Origin: a virus
Taxonomy: Duplodnaviria; Caudoviricetes
DNA: 48,695 nt
IMG/VR virus record: IMGVR_UViG_3300033405_000946
Coordinates: 1 to 48,695 of that record
Strand: one strand, 5' to 3'
Positions 26,201-35,662 of the stretch are shown here, piece by piece. Each line of letters starts with the position of its first letter. The first letter of the stretch is position 1. The notes beneath the pieces were generated by a model. That model saw only the letters and a program-made list of their open reading frames with translations, was not told the DNA's origin and ran no database searches. A program made the position numbers and the translations under genes.

Positions 26201-29200
26201 GCACGGTCAATTTCAAGGCCGCCTGGACCGATCTCAAGGGCAACATGGCCCACATGTTCATCGACGTGGCCATGAACGGGGTCAAGGCCTCCCTGGGCCA
26301 GGTGATGTCCTCCGCCATCCCCAAACCCCAGGGCGGCGACGGGGCCACCCTGGCCAAGTCGGCTGTTTCGGCCCTGACCACGGCTTCCCAGCCGGTGCAG
26401 GAAGCCTATTTGCCCGAAGAGCAGATGGCCACAGGCACCAGAAGATCATCGGGCACATCCGGCCCGCTCTGGCAGCGCAACAATAATCCCGGCAATCTGC
26501 GCAACCCCGGCGGCTCCGGATTCCAGACCTTCGACAATCTGGAAGACGGCACCCGGGCCATGTCCGACTTGCTGACCTCCTATGGCCGCAAGGGCTTCGA
26601 CAGCGTGGATAAGATCATCTCCCGCTACGCGCCCCCTTCGGACCATAACGACACTCAGGGCTATATCCGCAAGGTGTCCGCTGGAATGGGGGTTTCACCG
26701 GATCAGAGCCTGGATCTGAGCAACCCCGACGTGCGCGTGGCCCTGATGCGGCCCATGATTCGGATGGAGACTGGCCGGGATGCCGTTTCGGACGATGTGC
26801 TACGCCAGGCCGTCTATACGCGGGGAAGCGTCGAAAAGACGCCCAACATTTCCTCCACGGGCCTGGGCGGCCCCGACGCGTCCCAGTCGCTTATGAGCGC
26901 TGTGCGCTCATACGGCGCCACGGGGATAATCGCCGGCACCTTGGGCGCCAGGTCGCTCATCAGTCAGTTCCCCACCAACTCCGGGGTCATCGGCTACCTC
27001 ACCGGCCAGACCGACGTCCTGGAAACCAATGCGGGAACCTTCGGCCAGGGCCCGTCCATCTTTGCATCCATGGCCGGGGGCGGCCAGACCGGCGACACCT
27101 TCGCCCTGAGCGCCGGGGGTTCAAGCTTCTCCGCTGACCCAGAGTCCCAGGTGTCCAGATATGTGGCCATGGGGATGCCTTATTCCGATGCCATAATGCA
27201 GGTGCAGGCCGGCTCGGGTGGAACAACCTCGAGTGGCGTGGCCGAGTCGGCTGGGGCGTCCAGCGGCGGGATGCTGGATCAACTGGAACAATCCGCGCTC
27301 GGCCAGGGCACCAAATCCATCTGGAATTCCCTGACCGGCAACAATAACGGCGGCGGCTTTCTCAGCAACCTGACCGGTTCGGTGGATAATTGGGGATACA
27401 GCGATCTCGGCATTGGAAGCCTGAGCAACGCCGCTTACAGCGGGCTTTCCTCTTCGGACGTGCTCATAACCACGGCCTCGGGGCAGACCATAGCCGTCCC
27501 GTCCAGCGACGTGGCCAGCACCCTGGCCTGGAACACCGGGTCTTCGGTTTCCGGATCGGCAGCCGATCTGGCCGGCACCAGCGGGGCCAGCGTTTCCGGG
27601 GGCCTGGCTTCGTCCGTCACTTCCGGCCTCGCCGGGGCCGGCCTGGGCTTCACCCTGGGCAGTTCCATATGGAGCAACGGCACGGGCAACGCCGGGGCGG
27701 CCATCGGAGGCGGCGCCGGGGCGGTCTTAGGCAGCGTCATTCCCGGAGTGGGCACCTTCATTGGCGGCCTTGTCGGCGGCATAGCCGGGGGCGGCCTCAC
27801 CGGCGGTTCCACCACCCAGACCACACCCACGGGCACCAACGGCAACACCATCCTGAACGTCCAGGGTTTGACCGGCTATTCCCCGACCGTGGGTTTCGAG
27901 GGCTTCCGCCAGACCACTTCCGGGGCCTTCGGGTCCACCTCCACCAGCCATTTCACCGACCCCACCATCGCGGACCCGGTGTTGGCCGGGGAGTGGCGCA
28001 CGGCCATGGCCCAGCAGACGACTGGGCTTTCGTCCTCGCTCTACGGCCTGGGCCTGGGAACCCAGTCCCTTGATAACTTCAACTTCCCCATGCAGTTCAA
28101 CATCACCTCGAGCAACTATTCCCAGGCAGCGGCCAACGTGGCCAACGCCATGGCCACCCAGGCCATAAGCGCGTCGAAACTTTCCGATGCCTTCAACGCC
28201 GCCCTGGAACCTGGCGAGGACTACATCCAGGAAATTCAGCGCATAGGCAGCGCTTACGCGGCCACCAACGTGGCCGCCCAGGCCGCCGGCACCTCCTTGG
28301 CCAACCTTTCGGGCGCGACCGACCAGGTGAGCCAGGGCAACTGGGCCAGCCAGGCCGGCCAGCTCTTGGGCTCCAACCAGGCCGTTTCCTCCACTTTCGG
28401 CCTCATGCAGAAATACGGCGAAACCCAACCCACGGCCATGGACAACACCATGACCGCCCTGGGGACGCAGGCCGGGCAGGCCATAGGCCAGATCGGCAAC
28501 CCCAACGTCACCGTGGGCAATTTCTGGGGCCAGATGAGCACGGCCATGCAATCGCCCATGGACGTGACCACCTTCCAGGCCTGGTCCAACGCGGCCACGG
28601 CCGTGCAGCAATACGACGACGCCCAGCGCCAGTCCGCGCAGTTGATGACCGCTATAAACAACCAGCAGATCGCCCAGCTCCAGGAACAATTGCAGGCGGT
28701 GCAGAGCGTGAAGGTCATGGTGGACGGCCTCGATCAGTCCGTGCAATCCGCCTATACCTCCTTCCAGGGCCTCAATCAGAGCCTGATTTCCACCTTGCAG
28801 GGCATAGAGTGGTCCAACACGCTTTCGCCCAACACGCCCACCCAGACCTATCAACAGGTTTCGGCCTACTACAATCAGATGAAGGCCCAGGTGCAGGGCG
28901 AGGACCCGAGCAGCGTCAGCTACAGCAGCGACTTGAACCTGCTGATGGGCGCCGGGCAGCAACTGCTCACCACATCCAAATCCTATTACGGCAATTCGGC
29001 CCAATACTACGCGGACTATAACGACGTCACCAGCACCTTGCAGCAGTTGCAGACCGGAACGCAAAGCCAGGTGGATTTGCTCAAGCAGCAATTGCAGGCT
29101 CAGGATAAGGTGGTCAACGCGGCCAACGCTCAGATCACGCAGTTGAATCTGGTGAACACCAACCTGGCCCTTCTGGGCAGCAGCTTGGACGGCCTGGGCA

Positions 29201-29610
29201 CGGACATTTCCCAGGGCCTGGCCTCGCTGGGGGCGCAAATGTCCTGGACTCCAAACACCCAGGCCGCAGTCGACGCCGCCAATCAGGAGGAAGCCGCCGT
29301 CCTGAACGCCCTGGGCTATCAGGGCGGCTTCGCTGCGGGCGGCGGTTTCGGCCCGGGCAGCCTCTTGGTGGGTGAGCGCGGCCCGGAATTCATCCGCACC
29401 AGCCTCTACGGCTCCGTGACCTCGAATTCCGACCTGTCCAGCATGTTCGACACCACGCATCTGCATCACGCCCTGATGCAGCAGAACGGAATCCTGTCCT
29501 ACGGATTCTCCAAGATGCACGACTACATGGAGGAAAACAACAAGTACGCCAGGGGCATGCACCGCATGATGCAGTCGAATGCCTTCCTGCCTCCGAGGGC
29601 CAGGCAGTGA
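23203..29610 (+). CDS. Tape measure protein (2135 aa) with internal muralytic-like domain
   Basis: N-terminal I.ISAQD.AS, long Ala/Gln/Ser helical content, RNNNPGNLR domain, Gly-zipper, C-terminal GFAAGG....LVGERGPE. Confidence 0.93.
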   Translation: MAGDLETRIIISAQDDASAKFKAVADSAMNLAVGAESSSARFTRSLDGIKKAISVLDQGDYGSALRSALKQNSYALDGFAQQADQAFARIEQQARLRSAGVASSLKQLGVTPLGDITGQMKSLGQAFQFASQSGAAPGELALARSSIQARMKELTQQYMNVRAGIGPAPDPEQKGQSWLSGLMSSGVARVGAMAGGMLSAGLLFDKAKDYISDVSTLGARYDTLGVAMHTVGENAGYSKNQTDQAVKSLQESGISALEARQSVAKLVTAHIDLSKATQLGRLAQDAAAVSGLNSSETYNTLIEGIQSAREETLRAIGINVSFEDSYRKMAIRLNTTAEALTETQKMQARLNEVLEYAPRVAGAYEASMDTVGKQMRSMERYTEDFKVALGAAFQPVLAEHIKSHAEALKELTAALKDPGSKQALTDMVSGFVSVLEVLGKIAASPVFLAWKTGEFFGASIARIQAKRDMGEDILPSGPYRESDEEVRQRYLESQAQRERQRRDWLNTNGTPKSGKLVGEGAEIDLSKLAANQDYERKVEYRQDLLGYLNSNRQYQSQDKQLERATKIWEGERGKYQTDWLKASHAGDVQGMKDAEDALAISDQKLIETRKQINHLFGEGAEDAKKYLESLRDQNKALSAQLSGDNLATALAKNNKDFDKAVADVREKIRNAKPGSDVAGYNEALGELTANKALQDRLTTQQYYSKDVAARSAFATSMSGFGAMDPWEARKQSAYSTAVQERIAAGDDQEKQSRAQLKMEADIASIERDRALALANSRKELAGLTGDVKAELSAETDVLNVQLSQAKTESERAVIRQKIANLPLQYYSKDVQAGSAFATSMSGFGAMDPWEARKQAAYSTAVQERVAAGSDQEKQSRAQLKMEADVAAIERDRALALANSRKELAGLTGDVKAELSAEIDVLNIQLLQAKTESERAVILQKVAQLSARRDLDVSGLVNTGLQQYAGRSYNEFADSIQNGIPNAFNIATEAADKFFADAVKGTVNFKAAWTDLKGNMAHMFIDVAMNGVKASLGQVMSSAIPKPQGGDGATLAKSAVSALTTASQPVQEAYLPEEQMATGTRRSSGTSGPLWQRNNNPGNLRNPGGSGFQTFDNLEDGTRAMSDLLTSYGRKGFDSVDKIISRYAPPSDHNDTQGYIRKVSAGMGVSPDQSLDLSNPDVRVALMRPMIRMETGRDAVSDDVLRQAVYTRGSVEKTPNISSTGLGGPDASQSLMSAVRSYGATGIIAGTLGARSLISQFPTNSGVIGYLTGQTDVLETNAGTFGQGPSIFASMAGGGQTGDTFALSAGGSSFSADPESQVSRYVAMGMPYSDAIMQVQAGSGGTTSSGVAESAGASSGGMLDQLEQSALGQGTKSIWNSLTGNNNGGGFLSNLTGSVDNWGYSDLGIGSLSNAAYSGLSSSDVLITTASGQTIAVPSSDVASTLAWNTGSSVSGSAADLAGTSGASVSGGLASSVTSGLAGAGLGFTLGSSIWSNGTGNAGAAIGGGAGAVLGSVIPGVGTFIGGLVGGIAGGGLTGGSTTQTTPTGTNGNTILNVQGLTGYSPTVGFEGFRQTTSGAFGSTSTSHFTDPTIADPVLAGEWRTAMAQQTTGLSSSLYGLGLGTQSLDNFNFPMQFNITSSNYSQAAANVANAMATQAISASKLSDAFNAALEPGEDYIQEIQRIGSAYAATNVAAQAAGTSLANLSGATDQVSQGNWASQAGQLLGSNQAVSSTFGLMQKYGETQPTAMDNTMTALGTQAGQAIGQIGNPNVTVGNFWGQMSTAMQSPMDVTTFQAWSNAATAVQQYDDAQRQSAQLMTAINNQQIAQLQEQLQAVQSVKVMVDGLDQSVQSAYTSFQGLNQSLISTLQGIEWSNTLSPNTPTQTYQQVSAYYNQMKAQVQGEDPSSVSYSSDLNLLMGAGQQLLTTSKSYYGNSAQYYADYNDVTSTLQQLQTGTQSQVDLLKQQLQAQDKVVNAANAQITQLNLVNTNLALLGSSLDGLGTDISQGLASLGAQMSWTPNTQAAVDAANQEEAAVLNALGYQGGFAAGGGFGPGSLLVGERGPEFIRTSLYGSVTSNSDLSSMFDTTHLHHALMQQNGILSYGFSKMHDYMEENNKYARGMHRMMQSNAFLPPRARQ
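25302..26028 (+). repeat. Near-identical 369-bp tandem duplication within the tape measure gene
   Basis: GCAATACTACTCCAAGGACGT starts at 25302 and 25671; units match with few substitutions. Confidence 0.95.
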
Positions 29611-32111
29611 ACGTCTATCTTCTGGAAATGAACTGCCTGGACCCGGACAACAATCCGGTGACCATCGGCGTTTCCACTCAGCAGGGCGGCTACAGTCCGT
29701 TGCCCGGAGACAACGCTCCGGTGCCGTTCTATCCGCCGGCCCTGAACACGCCGCCCAACTACAAGGCCCAAGCCTTCCAGAACGGGCTTGAGGGCGGCTG
29801 TTCCACCGGGGACATGGGCACGGCCACCATAGAGAACGGCCAAGGCGAGTATGACCAGTATTTCAACTACGCCTTCGACGGCCAGCTCATGCGCCTGCTC
29901 ATGGGCGAGGAGGGCGCGCCTTACGCCGATTTCGTGCCCATCCTTTCCGGCACCATGTGCCAGCCCATGTTCATCTATCAGTACATGCAGGTGCAGGTGC
30001 GCGATTATATGGAGTTCTTCGACCAGGCCATATCTCAATACGTGTACCTGGGAAACAACGTGGCCGGGGCGGGCGTGGAGGGCACTCCCGACGACATAGG
30101 CGGCAAATCCAAGCCCTTGGGCCTCGGCATCGTGCGCAACTCCAGTTGGGCCTGGGTCAGCCAAAGCTACATGATCGGCCAGGTCCACAACGGTCCGATC
30201 CTGAGCGTCAATCCCAATGCCGGGGACGGCCTGTACGCCAACGGCATACCGTATCCCCTGGACACCTCGGTGAACGGGAGCGTGGAATCGGCCTCGGCCA
30301 CGTATGTATCCGCCCTGTCCCTGTCCCTGACCGGAGTGAACAGGACATCCACCTACGTGGCCGGGCTGCTGCTGACCATCACCTACACCGTGTCCGACGA
30401 CACCAACGTGGGCAACCTCGTGGTGGTCGGTTCGGCCGTGAGCGGTTCCAACACCGTGCTCACCCTGGCCCAAGTGGCCAACCAGGCATACGCCTTCACC
30501 TTGCCAAGCGGCTGCACCATAAACAAGATTTCCTACGGCGGCGGCGACTGCCCGAACCTGGCCAGCCTGGAAGCGGCCAGCCCTGCCGACGGCACATACT
30601 GCACCGGCCTTTTCGGCGGCTACGTCAAGGCCGCGGGCGGGGCATCGGCGCAAATCACCGTGGATTACCACGGGGACAACACCGGGGGCGTCTTCTCCTG
30701 CACCGTGGCGGACATCATCAAGTGCGCCATCCTGAACTATTCCAGGCGCAAGCGTACCAACATCGTCTTAAAGAGCGAGCTTTTCAGCGATCCCTCCTGG
30801 GTGCTCACCGGGCTGACCCCGGGGGCGCAAGTGCAATCGGGAGCGAACGCGGGCATGTGGTTCCTCACGGAAACAACCGCCTCCGGCAACCACAGCCTGG
30901 CCCAAACCCAGAACCTGGGCACGGGCATGTTCTGCTTTTCAATCCCGGTCATGCCGGGAACGCGCACCCTTTGCCGCTTGAGGCTCTACAATCCGGCCAC
31001 CCCGGCCAACAATTGCCAGGTGGATTTCGACCTGGCGGCCATGCAGGTGTTGCAGATCCTGGCCAACGGCAACGCCGTGGGGCCGCAGTACACGTCCACC
31101 GGATTCATCACCAACGGCGGCATCATCGCCGATCCCTCCGGGGCCTTGCGCCTGTGGGTGGCCGGGCAGCCGGACCAGAGCTTCACCCAACTCGGCTATG
31201 AGCTGGAACTGCTCTCGGGCACGGACGCCAATTACACGGACACCTATGCCGGGGACGGGCAATCCGGGCTGTGGGTGGGCGCGCCCAAGCTGGGGGCTCA
31301 GCTCGAAACCTATTCCTCGCCCTCGGCCTACACCGGCCCGACCCTGACCACGCCGGTTATCGGCTACGATCCGGTGCTGGCCCCGACCATCGACCCGCTG
31401 AGCTTCGCGGCCATGAACACGGCCGCGCCCTATGCGGTAGGTTTCCAGGTGAACACCGGGGACAGCACCACGGTTTTGCAGCTCATGCAGGCCATGTGCG
31501 ATTCCGCCCTGGCCTGGTGCACCACCAACCGGGCCGGGCAGGTGACCATCGGGCAGTTGGCCGTACCGTCCCAGACCGCCACGGCCCTGCATTACTTCAC
31601 GTCCGAGGACATCGTTGACGACAGCCTGGATAAGCTGCCGCCCTTCGAGAACAAGAACGGAGCCCCGGCCAAGTCCGTGAGCCTGACCTACCAGCACAAC
31701 AATACCGTGCAGGCCAAATCCAGCCTGCCCTCAAGCATGTGGCAGAGCAATCCCTACCGGGTGTCCTGGTTGGGCCAGGAATGGCGCACCATGAGCCAGC
31801 AGGCCAACTGGATGCTCGCCCGCGATCCCCTGGCCTGCGATCTATCCTTCACCACGTACATCGACAGTCCCGCGGCGGCCCTGAACGAGTGCAAGCGCCG
31901 TTTCGCCATCTATTCCGGGGCGCTGATGCGCCTGACCTTCAAGTGCTACATGGACGCGCTCACTCCCACGCAGCGGGCCAACCTGAACATAGGCTCCATC
32001 GTGAACGTGCAATACTCGCGTTTCGGTCTGGAAAACGGCCGCAACTTTCTGGTGCTCTTCATAGAGGAGTCGCACCAGGACAATGACATCACCTTGGAGG
32101 TGCTGGGCTGA
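29607..32111 (+). CDS. Tail tip/hub protein with inserted beta-sandwich domains
   Basis: Y.G....G.EG..DDI.GK.KPL.LG.VRN motif after the tape measure gene; internal RTN.V..SE.F...W...QLE module. Confidence 0.7.
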   Translation: MNVYLLEMNCLDPDNNPVTIGVSTQQGGYSPLPGDNAPVPFYPPALNTPPNYKAQAFQNGLEGGCSTGDMGTATIENGQGEYDQYFNYAFDGQLMRLLMGEEGAPYADFVPILSGTMCQPMFIYQYMQVQVRDYMEFFDQAISQYVYLGNNVAGAGVEGTPDDIGGKSKPLGLGIVRNSSWAWVSQSYMIGQVHNGPILSVNPNAGDGLYANGIPYPLDTSVNGSVESASATYVSALSLSLTGVNRTSTYVAGLLLTITYTVSDDTNVGNLVVVGSAVSGSNTVLTLAQVANQAYAFTLPSGCTINKISYGGGDCPNLASLEAASPADGTYCTGLFGGYVKAAGGASAQITVDYHGDNTGGVFSCTVADIIKCAILNYSRRKRTNIVLKSELFSDPSWVLTGLTPGAQVQSGANAGMWFLTETTASGNHSLAQTQNLGTGMFCFSIPVMPGTRTLCRLRLYNPATPANNCQVDFDLAAMQVLQILANGNAVGPQYTSTGFITNGGIIADPSGALRLWVAGQPDQSFTQLGYELELLSGTDANYTDTYAGDGQSGLWVGAPKLGAQLETYSSPSAYTGPTLTTPVIGYDPVLAPTIDPLSFAAMNTAAPYAVGFQVNTGDSTTVLQLMQAMCDSALAWCTTNRAGQVTIGQLAVPSQTATALHYFTSEDIVDDSLDKLPPFENKNGAPAKSVSLTYQHNNTVQAKSSLPSSMWQSNPYRVSWLGQEWRTMSQQANWMLARDPLACDLSFTTYIDSPAAALNECKRRFAIYSGALMRLTFKCYMDALTPTQRANLNIGSIVNVQYSRFGLENGRNFLVLFIEESHQDNDITLEVLG

Positions 32112-32995
32112 TGGGCACCGATAGCAACTGTCTCTTGCTTTATCCTAACAACGTGGTCACGGCCACGATTTCTGGCGGCAATTGGCAACCGTCCTGGCCC
32201 ATCGCCAACATAGCTACCCGGTTCAACAATCAAGTGGCCCGCAGCGTGGATTGCCAGCCGATAAACACCATCATCAACATCAATTTCGGATCGCTGGTCT
32301 ACAACACGGCCGTGGCCCTGCTTAATCACAACCTGACCCTGCAAGCTCAGGCCCGGGTGCTGCTCTACAAGGACGCGGCCATGAGCCAATTGGCCTTCGA
32401 TTCGGGATTCAATGACGTTTGGCCCCGATGGTTCGACACCATGGGCCTGCGCTGGGCCGATTCCAACTTCTGGTACGGCCGGATTCCCGCGAAGTGGCAG
32501 GGGAAAGTCCCGGCTCTGTTCCTGCAACTGCTGAACACAGCCGGGTTCAACGCCAACGCCACATCATCCTGGACCTGCCAGATCCAGATCAGCGACCCGA
32601 ACAACCCGGCCGGGTACATCCAGATCGGCCGGGCCTTCATGGGCGAGGATTTCACGCCCCAGATCAACATGGAATACGGGGCAAGCGTGCAGATCGTGGA
32701 CCCGTCCAAGGTGGAGCGGGCCTTGTCCGGCACCAAGTGGTTCAACCAAAAGCCCAGATACCGCAAATTCATCGTGGAATTCAAATACCTGTCCAAGGAC
32801 GAGGCCGTGAATTCCCTGCTCATCACCGACCTTTTGGCCGGCCTGACCGATGACGTGCTTTACGTGGACAATCCCGGCGATCCCCGCTTCCTGCAACAGA
32901 TGTCCTGCGTGGGCACCTTGTCGGAACTTGATCCCCTGGCGGAATGGATGATCGGACAATACTCCAAAGGACTGCAAATAGAGGAATCACTATGA
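32111..32995 (+). CDS. Distal-tail-like protein
   Basis: P..N.......VARS, VALLNHNL, IGRAF.G....P..N..YG, DPS.V.R.LSG. Confidence 0.65.
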   Translation: MGTDSNCLLLYPNNVVTATISGGNWQPSWPIANIATRFNNQVARSVDCQPINTIININFGSLVYNTAVALLNHNLTLQAQARVLLYKDAAMSQLAFDSGFNDVWPRWFDTMGLRWADSNFWYGRIPAKWQGKVPALFLQLLNTAGFNANATSSWTCQIQISDPNNPAGYIQIGRAFMGEDFTPQINMEYGASVQIVDPSKVERALSGTKWFNQKPRYRKFIVEFKYLSKDEAVNSLLITDLLAGLTDDVLYVDNPGDPRFLQQMSCVGTLSELDPLAEWMIGQYSKGLQIEESL

Positions 32996-33651
32996 CCGTA
33001 ACCCTGTCCCAGAATCCGTATACAGCCGGTTCCTGGCAATACAGCCAGTGGAACATCGAAAACTTCTACAATCAGGGTGATTACGATCCAGTCAACAACC
33101 CCGGGGGCATGGACAATGGCGGCCATTCGCAGAACCTCTTCCCCATGATCCTGGATTGGCTCAACTTCGCGGCGTACATCATCCAGTTGTGCTCCATGAC
33201 CACGGCGGCGGCCAGCCAGCAAACCGCCTGGCAGGAAGCCATGCTGGCCAATAACACCGTGGCCCCGGTGGCCTTCCTCACGGCTACGGAATTCGCGGTT
33301 AACGGCCTGAATTTCACCCCGTTGTTCACGGCCAACCGGGCCTTGAAGTTGATCCAGAACAATTCCGGCAACGCCTATGTGTCTTCCAGCATCTTCGATG
33401 CGGTGAACAACCGCACCCTGGTGAACATCAACGCCAGCAAGGGCGTCAACGTGGATTCTGGGCTCTCCCAGGCCTACTACGGCCAGGACCCGGCGAACGC
33501 GCCCTATGCGTCCTCAATGTCGGGCGCGACCGCCTCAACGGCCGGCACCGGGGGCGCCGTCCCTGCTCCGGGAAGTGGCCAGGAAAATGACTTCCTGGCC
33601 GGGGATGCCACTTACCATGACCCCATCGTAGACATTCAGGTCTGGACCTAA
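32992..33651 (+). CDS. Tail fibre-related protein
   Basis: C-terminal GATASTAGTGGAVPAP..GQ...FL.GD.T fibre motif. Confidence 0.6.
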   Translation: MTVTLSQNPYTAGSWQYSQWNIENFYNQGDYDPVNNPGGMDNGGHSQNLFPMILDWLNFAAYIIQLCSMTTAAASQQTAWQEAMLANNTVAPVAFLTATEFAVNGLNFTPLFTANRALKLIQNNSGNAYVSSSIFDAVNNRTLVNINASKGVNVDSGLSQAYYGQDPANAPYASSMSGATASTAGTGGAVPAPGSGQENDFLAGDATYHDPIVDIQVWT

Positions 33652-33663
33652 AGGAGACTCGCA

Positions 33664-34035
33664 ATGGCTCTAAGACTCCCGCTCGCCCCTGGCGGCACAC
33701 CGCTGACCCGCAACCAGAACATCAAGATCGGCGGGACCGCTCTCGCTACCCCGACCGCCCTCCATCAGACCGGAGCGACCCAGATGGATGAGGTATGGAT
33801 CGAGGCCACCAACACGGACACCGTTTCCCACACCCTCACGGTCCTGCACGGCATAGCCACTCTCGCGGGCGGGGTAAGCCCTGACGACACCATGAGCATC
33901 ACCATCCCGCCGAAGGGGGCAGGTTGGGTGATGGTTCTCCAGGGTGAGAGCTTCACCGGATCGTCCATCGTGGGCGCCTTCGCGGACACAGCCAACGTCA
34001 TCAACGTGCGCGGCTGGATCAACAGGATCGGCTAA
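33664..34035 (+). CDS. Small virion beta-sandwich-type protein (hypothetical)
   Basis: AAGGAG RBS; DEVWI.A.N...V.G..NRI; in the tail tip operon. Confidence 0.6.
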   Translation: MALRLPLAPGGTPLTRNQNIKIGGTALATPTALHQTGATQMDEVWIEATNTDTVSHTLTVLHGIATLAGGVSPDDTMSITIPPKGAGWVMVLQGESFTGSSIVGAFADTANVINVRGWINRIG

Positions 34036-34037
34036 CC

Positions 34038-34997
34038 GTGGGACGCCGCAAACAATACGGACTGTCCTCTGGGGGAAGTGGCCAGATTCCCTATGGATAT
34101 TTGGTGGAGATGGCTTCAGTCGCCTATGCCTCAAAACGATCAGTCACTATAGGACGTGAGGCTCAGGCTACGTATGCCCTTGGGCAACCTTTGATTCTTG
34201 TCCAGGATGGCAAGCTTGTTCCCTGTACTGTGCAGAAATGCGTTTGCAGCGGGTCAACAATGACCGTCACGGTCAGCTCCTATGTAAGCCAGAATGTTTC
34301 TGCAGTATATTACGATACGTCCACCTCATATGATTACGGTAACGACCCGACCTTCACGGTGTTCGACTACCACTTTGATACCTCTACGCTATATGATTCG
34401 TCTGTAAATGCCCACGATGCCGGAACCACGGGACTGACAGTCATAGGTGGCGGGGGAACACTTATAACGTCCAGCCCGTCTCCGATGTTTGGGGCTGGGT
34501 GTTTCTCTTTCAATGGGTCACAGGCGTATGGAGATTTGAGCTTTCAATTCCAGTTGGGAGCGGCCAACTGGGGTTTAGAGGGATGGTTTTGGGATAGGCC
34601 GAGTGGTAGTATATTAAATACAAACAGCGGGTCTAACTGGGCCAATGTCGGCTTCTCTGGAAATTACCCAACAATGGGTTCATACAGCAGCAGCTTTACC
34701 ATTACCTCGTCCGTAGCTATGACAGCTTCCGCTTGGAATCATGTGGCCTGGGTGCGGGACGTCAATAACTATTTCAAGATCTACGTTAACGGGGTCCTTG
34801 GGGCAGCCAGTGCTTCTGGATTGTCTATAACATCAGCGATGTACTGCCTATTCGGCGCCGCTGTTTATAGCGGCAGCTGGAGTTGGTCTGGGAGTTTCAG
34901 CGGCAAAGTGGACGAGCTCCGCTTCATGAGTGGTTACTGCCCGTATAATGCCCCCTTCACACCACCCACAAAGCCATTCGGGCCTGATTTTAGATAG
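34038..34997 (+). CDS. LamG/ConA-like lectin domain protein, receptor-binding candidate
   Basis: EGWF, WNHVAWVR....KIYVNG, F.G.VDELR, FTPPT.PF; visibly lower GC than neighbours. Confidence 0.82.
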   Translation: MGRRKQYGLSSGGSGQIPYGYLVEMASVAYASKRSVTIGREAQATYALGQPLILVQDGKLVPCTVQKCVCSGSTMTVTVSSYVSQNVSAVYYDTSTSYDYGNDPTFTVFDYHFDTSTLYDSSVNAHDAGTTGLTVIGGGGTLITSSPSPMFGAGCFSFNGSQAYGDLSFQFQLGAANWGLEGWFWDRPSGSILNTNSGSNWANVGFSGNYPTMGSYSSSFTITSSVAMTASAWNHVAWVRDVNNYFKIYVNGVLGAASASGLSITSAMYCLFGAAVYSGSWSWSGSFSGKVDELRFMSGYCPYNAPFTPPTKPFGPDFR

Positions 34998-35006
34998 GAG
35001 CACATC

Positions 35007-35660
35007 ATGATCTACCTTGCCCTAAACAGCAACATCGTCGTCGGCCCCGTCGCCTGGAACAATCCCGCTATCAGGCAGACCCTCTACATCGCCGGATTCT
35101 CCGAGTCCGTCGCTGGCCTTCACGCCCCTGACGGTACGGCGCTCCCCGCGCTGCCAGCTACGGAGCCGACCACGGCCCTGACCCTGGCGGACGGCTACGC
35201 TATCCTGCCCGAGGTGGTTGAGCCCAGCAATCCACCGGTTGGCGACGTGCAGACCGGGACCACTACTACGGTTGCCAATGGCGTCGTTACTGTCGCGCCG
35301 GTCTATGGAGCTGCCCCGGCCCCCCCTCCAGCGGCTCCCCAGACGGCCTACGTCTCCAAGATCGACTTCAACAACCGCTTCCAGGCATCCGAGCGCCAGG
35401 CGGTCTTGTTGGCGATCCGCAACGGGGATGTGGTGCTGGAGGACGCAAACAATACGCTGTCCCTGACGACAGATCCTCCAGGCGTCAACCTCAACGACAC
35501 CAACCTGCAGACATGGGCGAATTACTTGGTGAACGACGTGAAGATTCTGACAGCGGAAAGGGCCAACGCCATTCTGGCAGGGTCGAGCTTCACCATAAGC
35601 GCCTCCACTGCCGCCACGGCTTCGAACGCCAGCACAACCTCATCCACAACCGGGAGCTGA
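35007..35660 (+). CDS. Tail fibre assembly-like protein
   Basis: SKIDF..RF...ER.A......V.L.D......L....LTAERANAIL C-terminal motif; follows the lectin gene. Confidence 0.55.
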   Translation: MIYLALNSNIVVGPVAWNNPAIRQTLYIAGFSESVAGLHAPDGTALPALPATEPTTALTLADGYAILPEVVEPSNPPVGDVQTGTTTTVANGVVTVAPVYGAAPAPPPAAPQTAYVSKIDFNNRFQASERQAVLLAIRNGDVVLEDANNTLSLTTDPPGVNLNDTNLQTWANYLVNDVKILTAERANAILAGSSFTISASTAATASNASTTSSTTGS

Positions 35661-35662
35661 CC

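Noticed and set aside
23635-29562. Long antisense ORFs (872 aa, 611 aa) opposite the tape measure, and similar ones opposite terL, capsid and helicase
   Set aside because: Expected shadow frames of GC3-rich genes; no motifs or RBS
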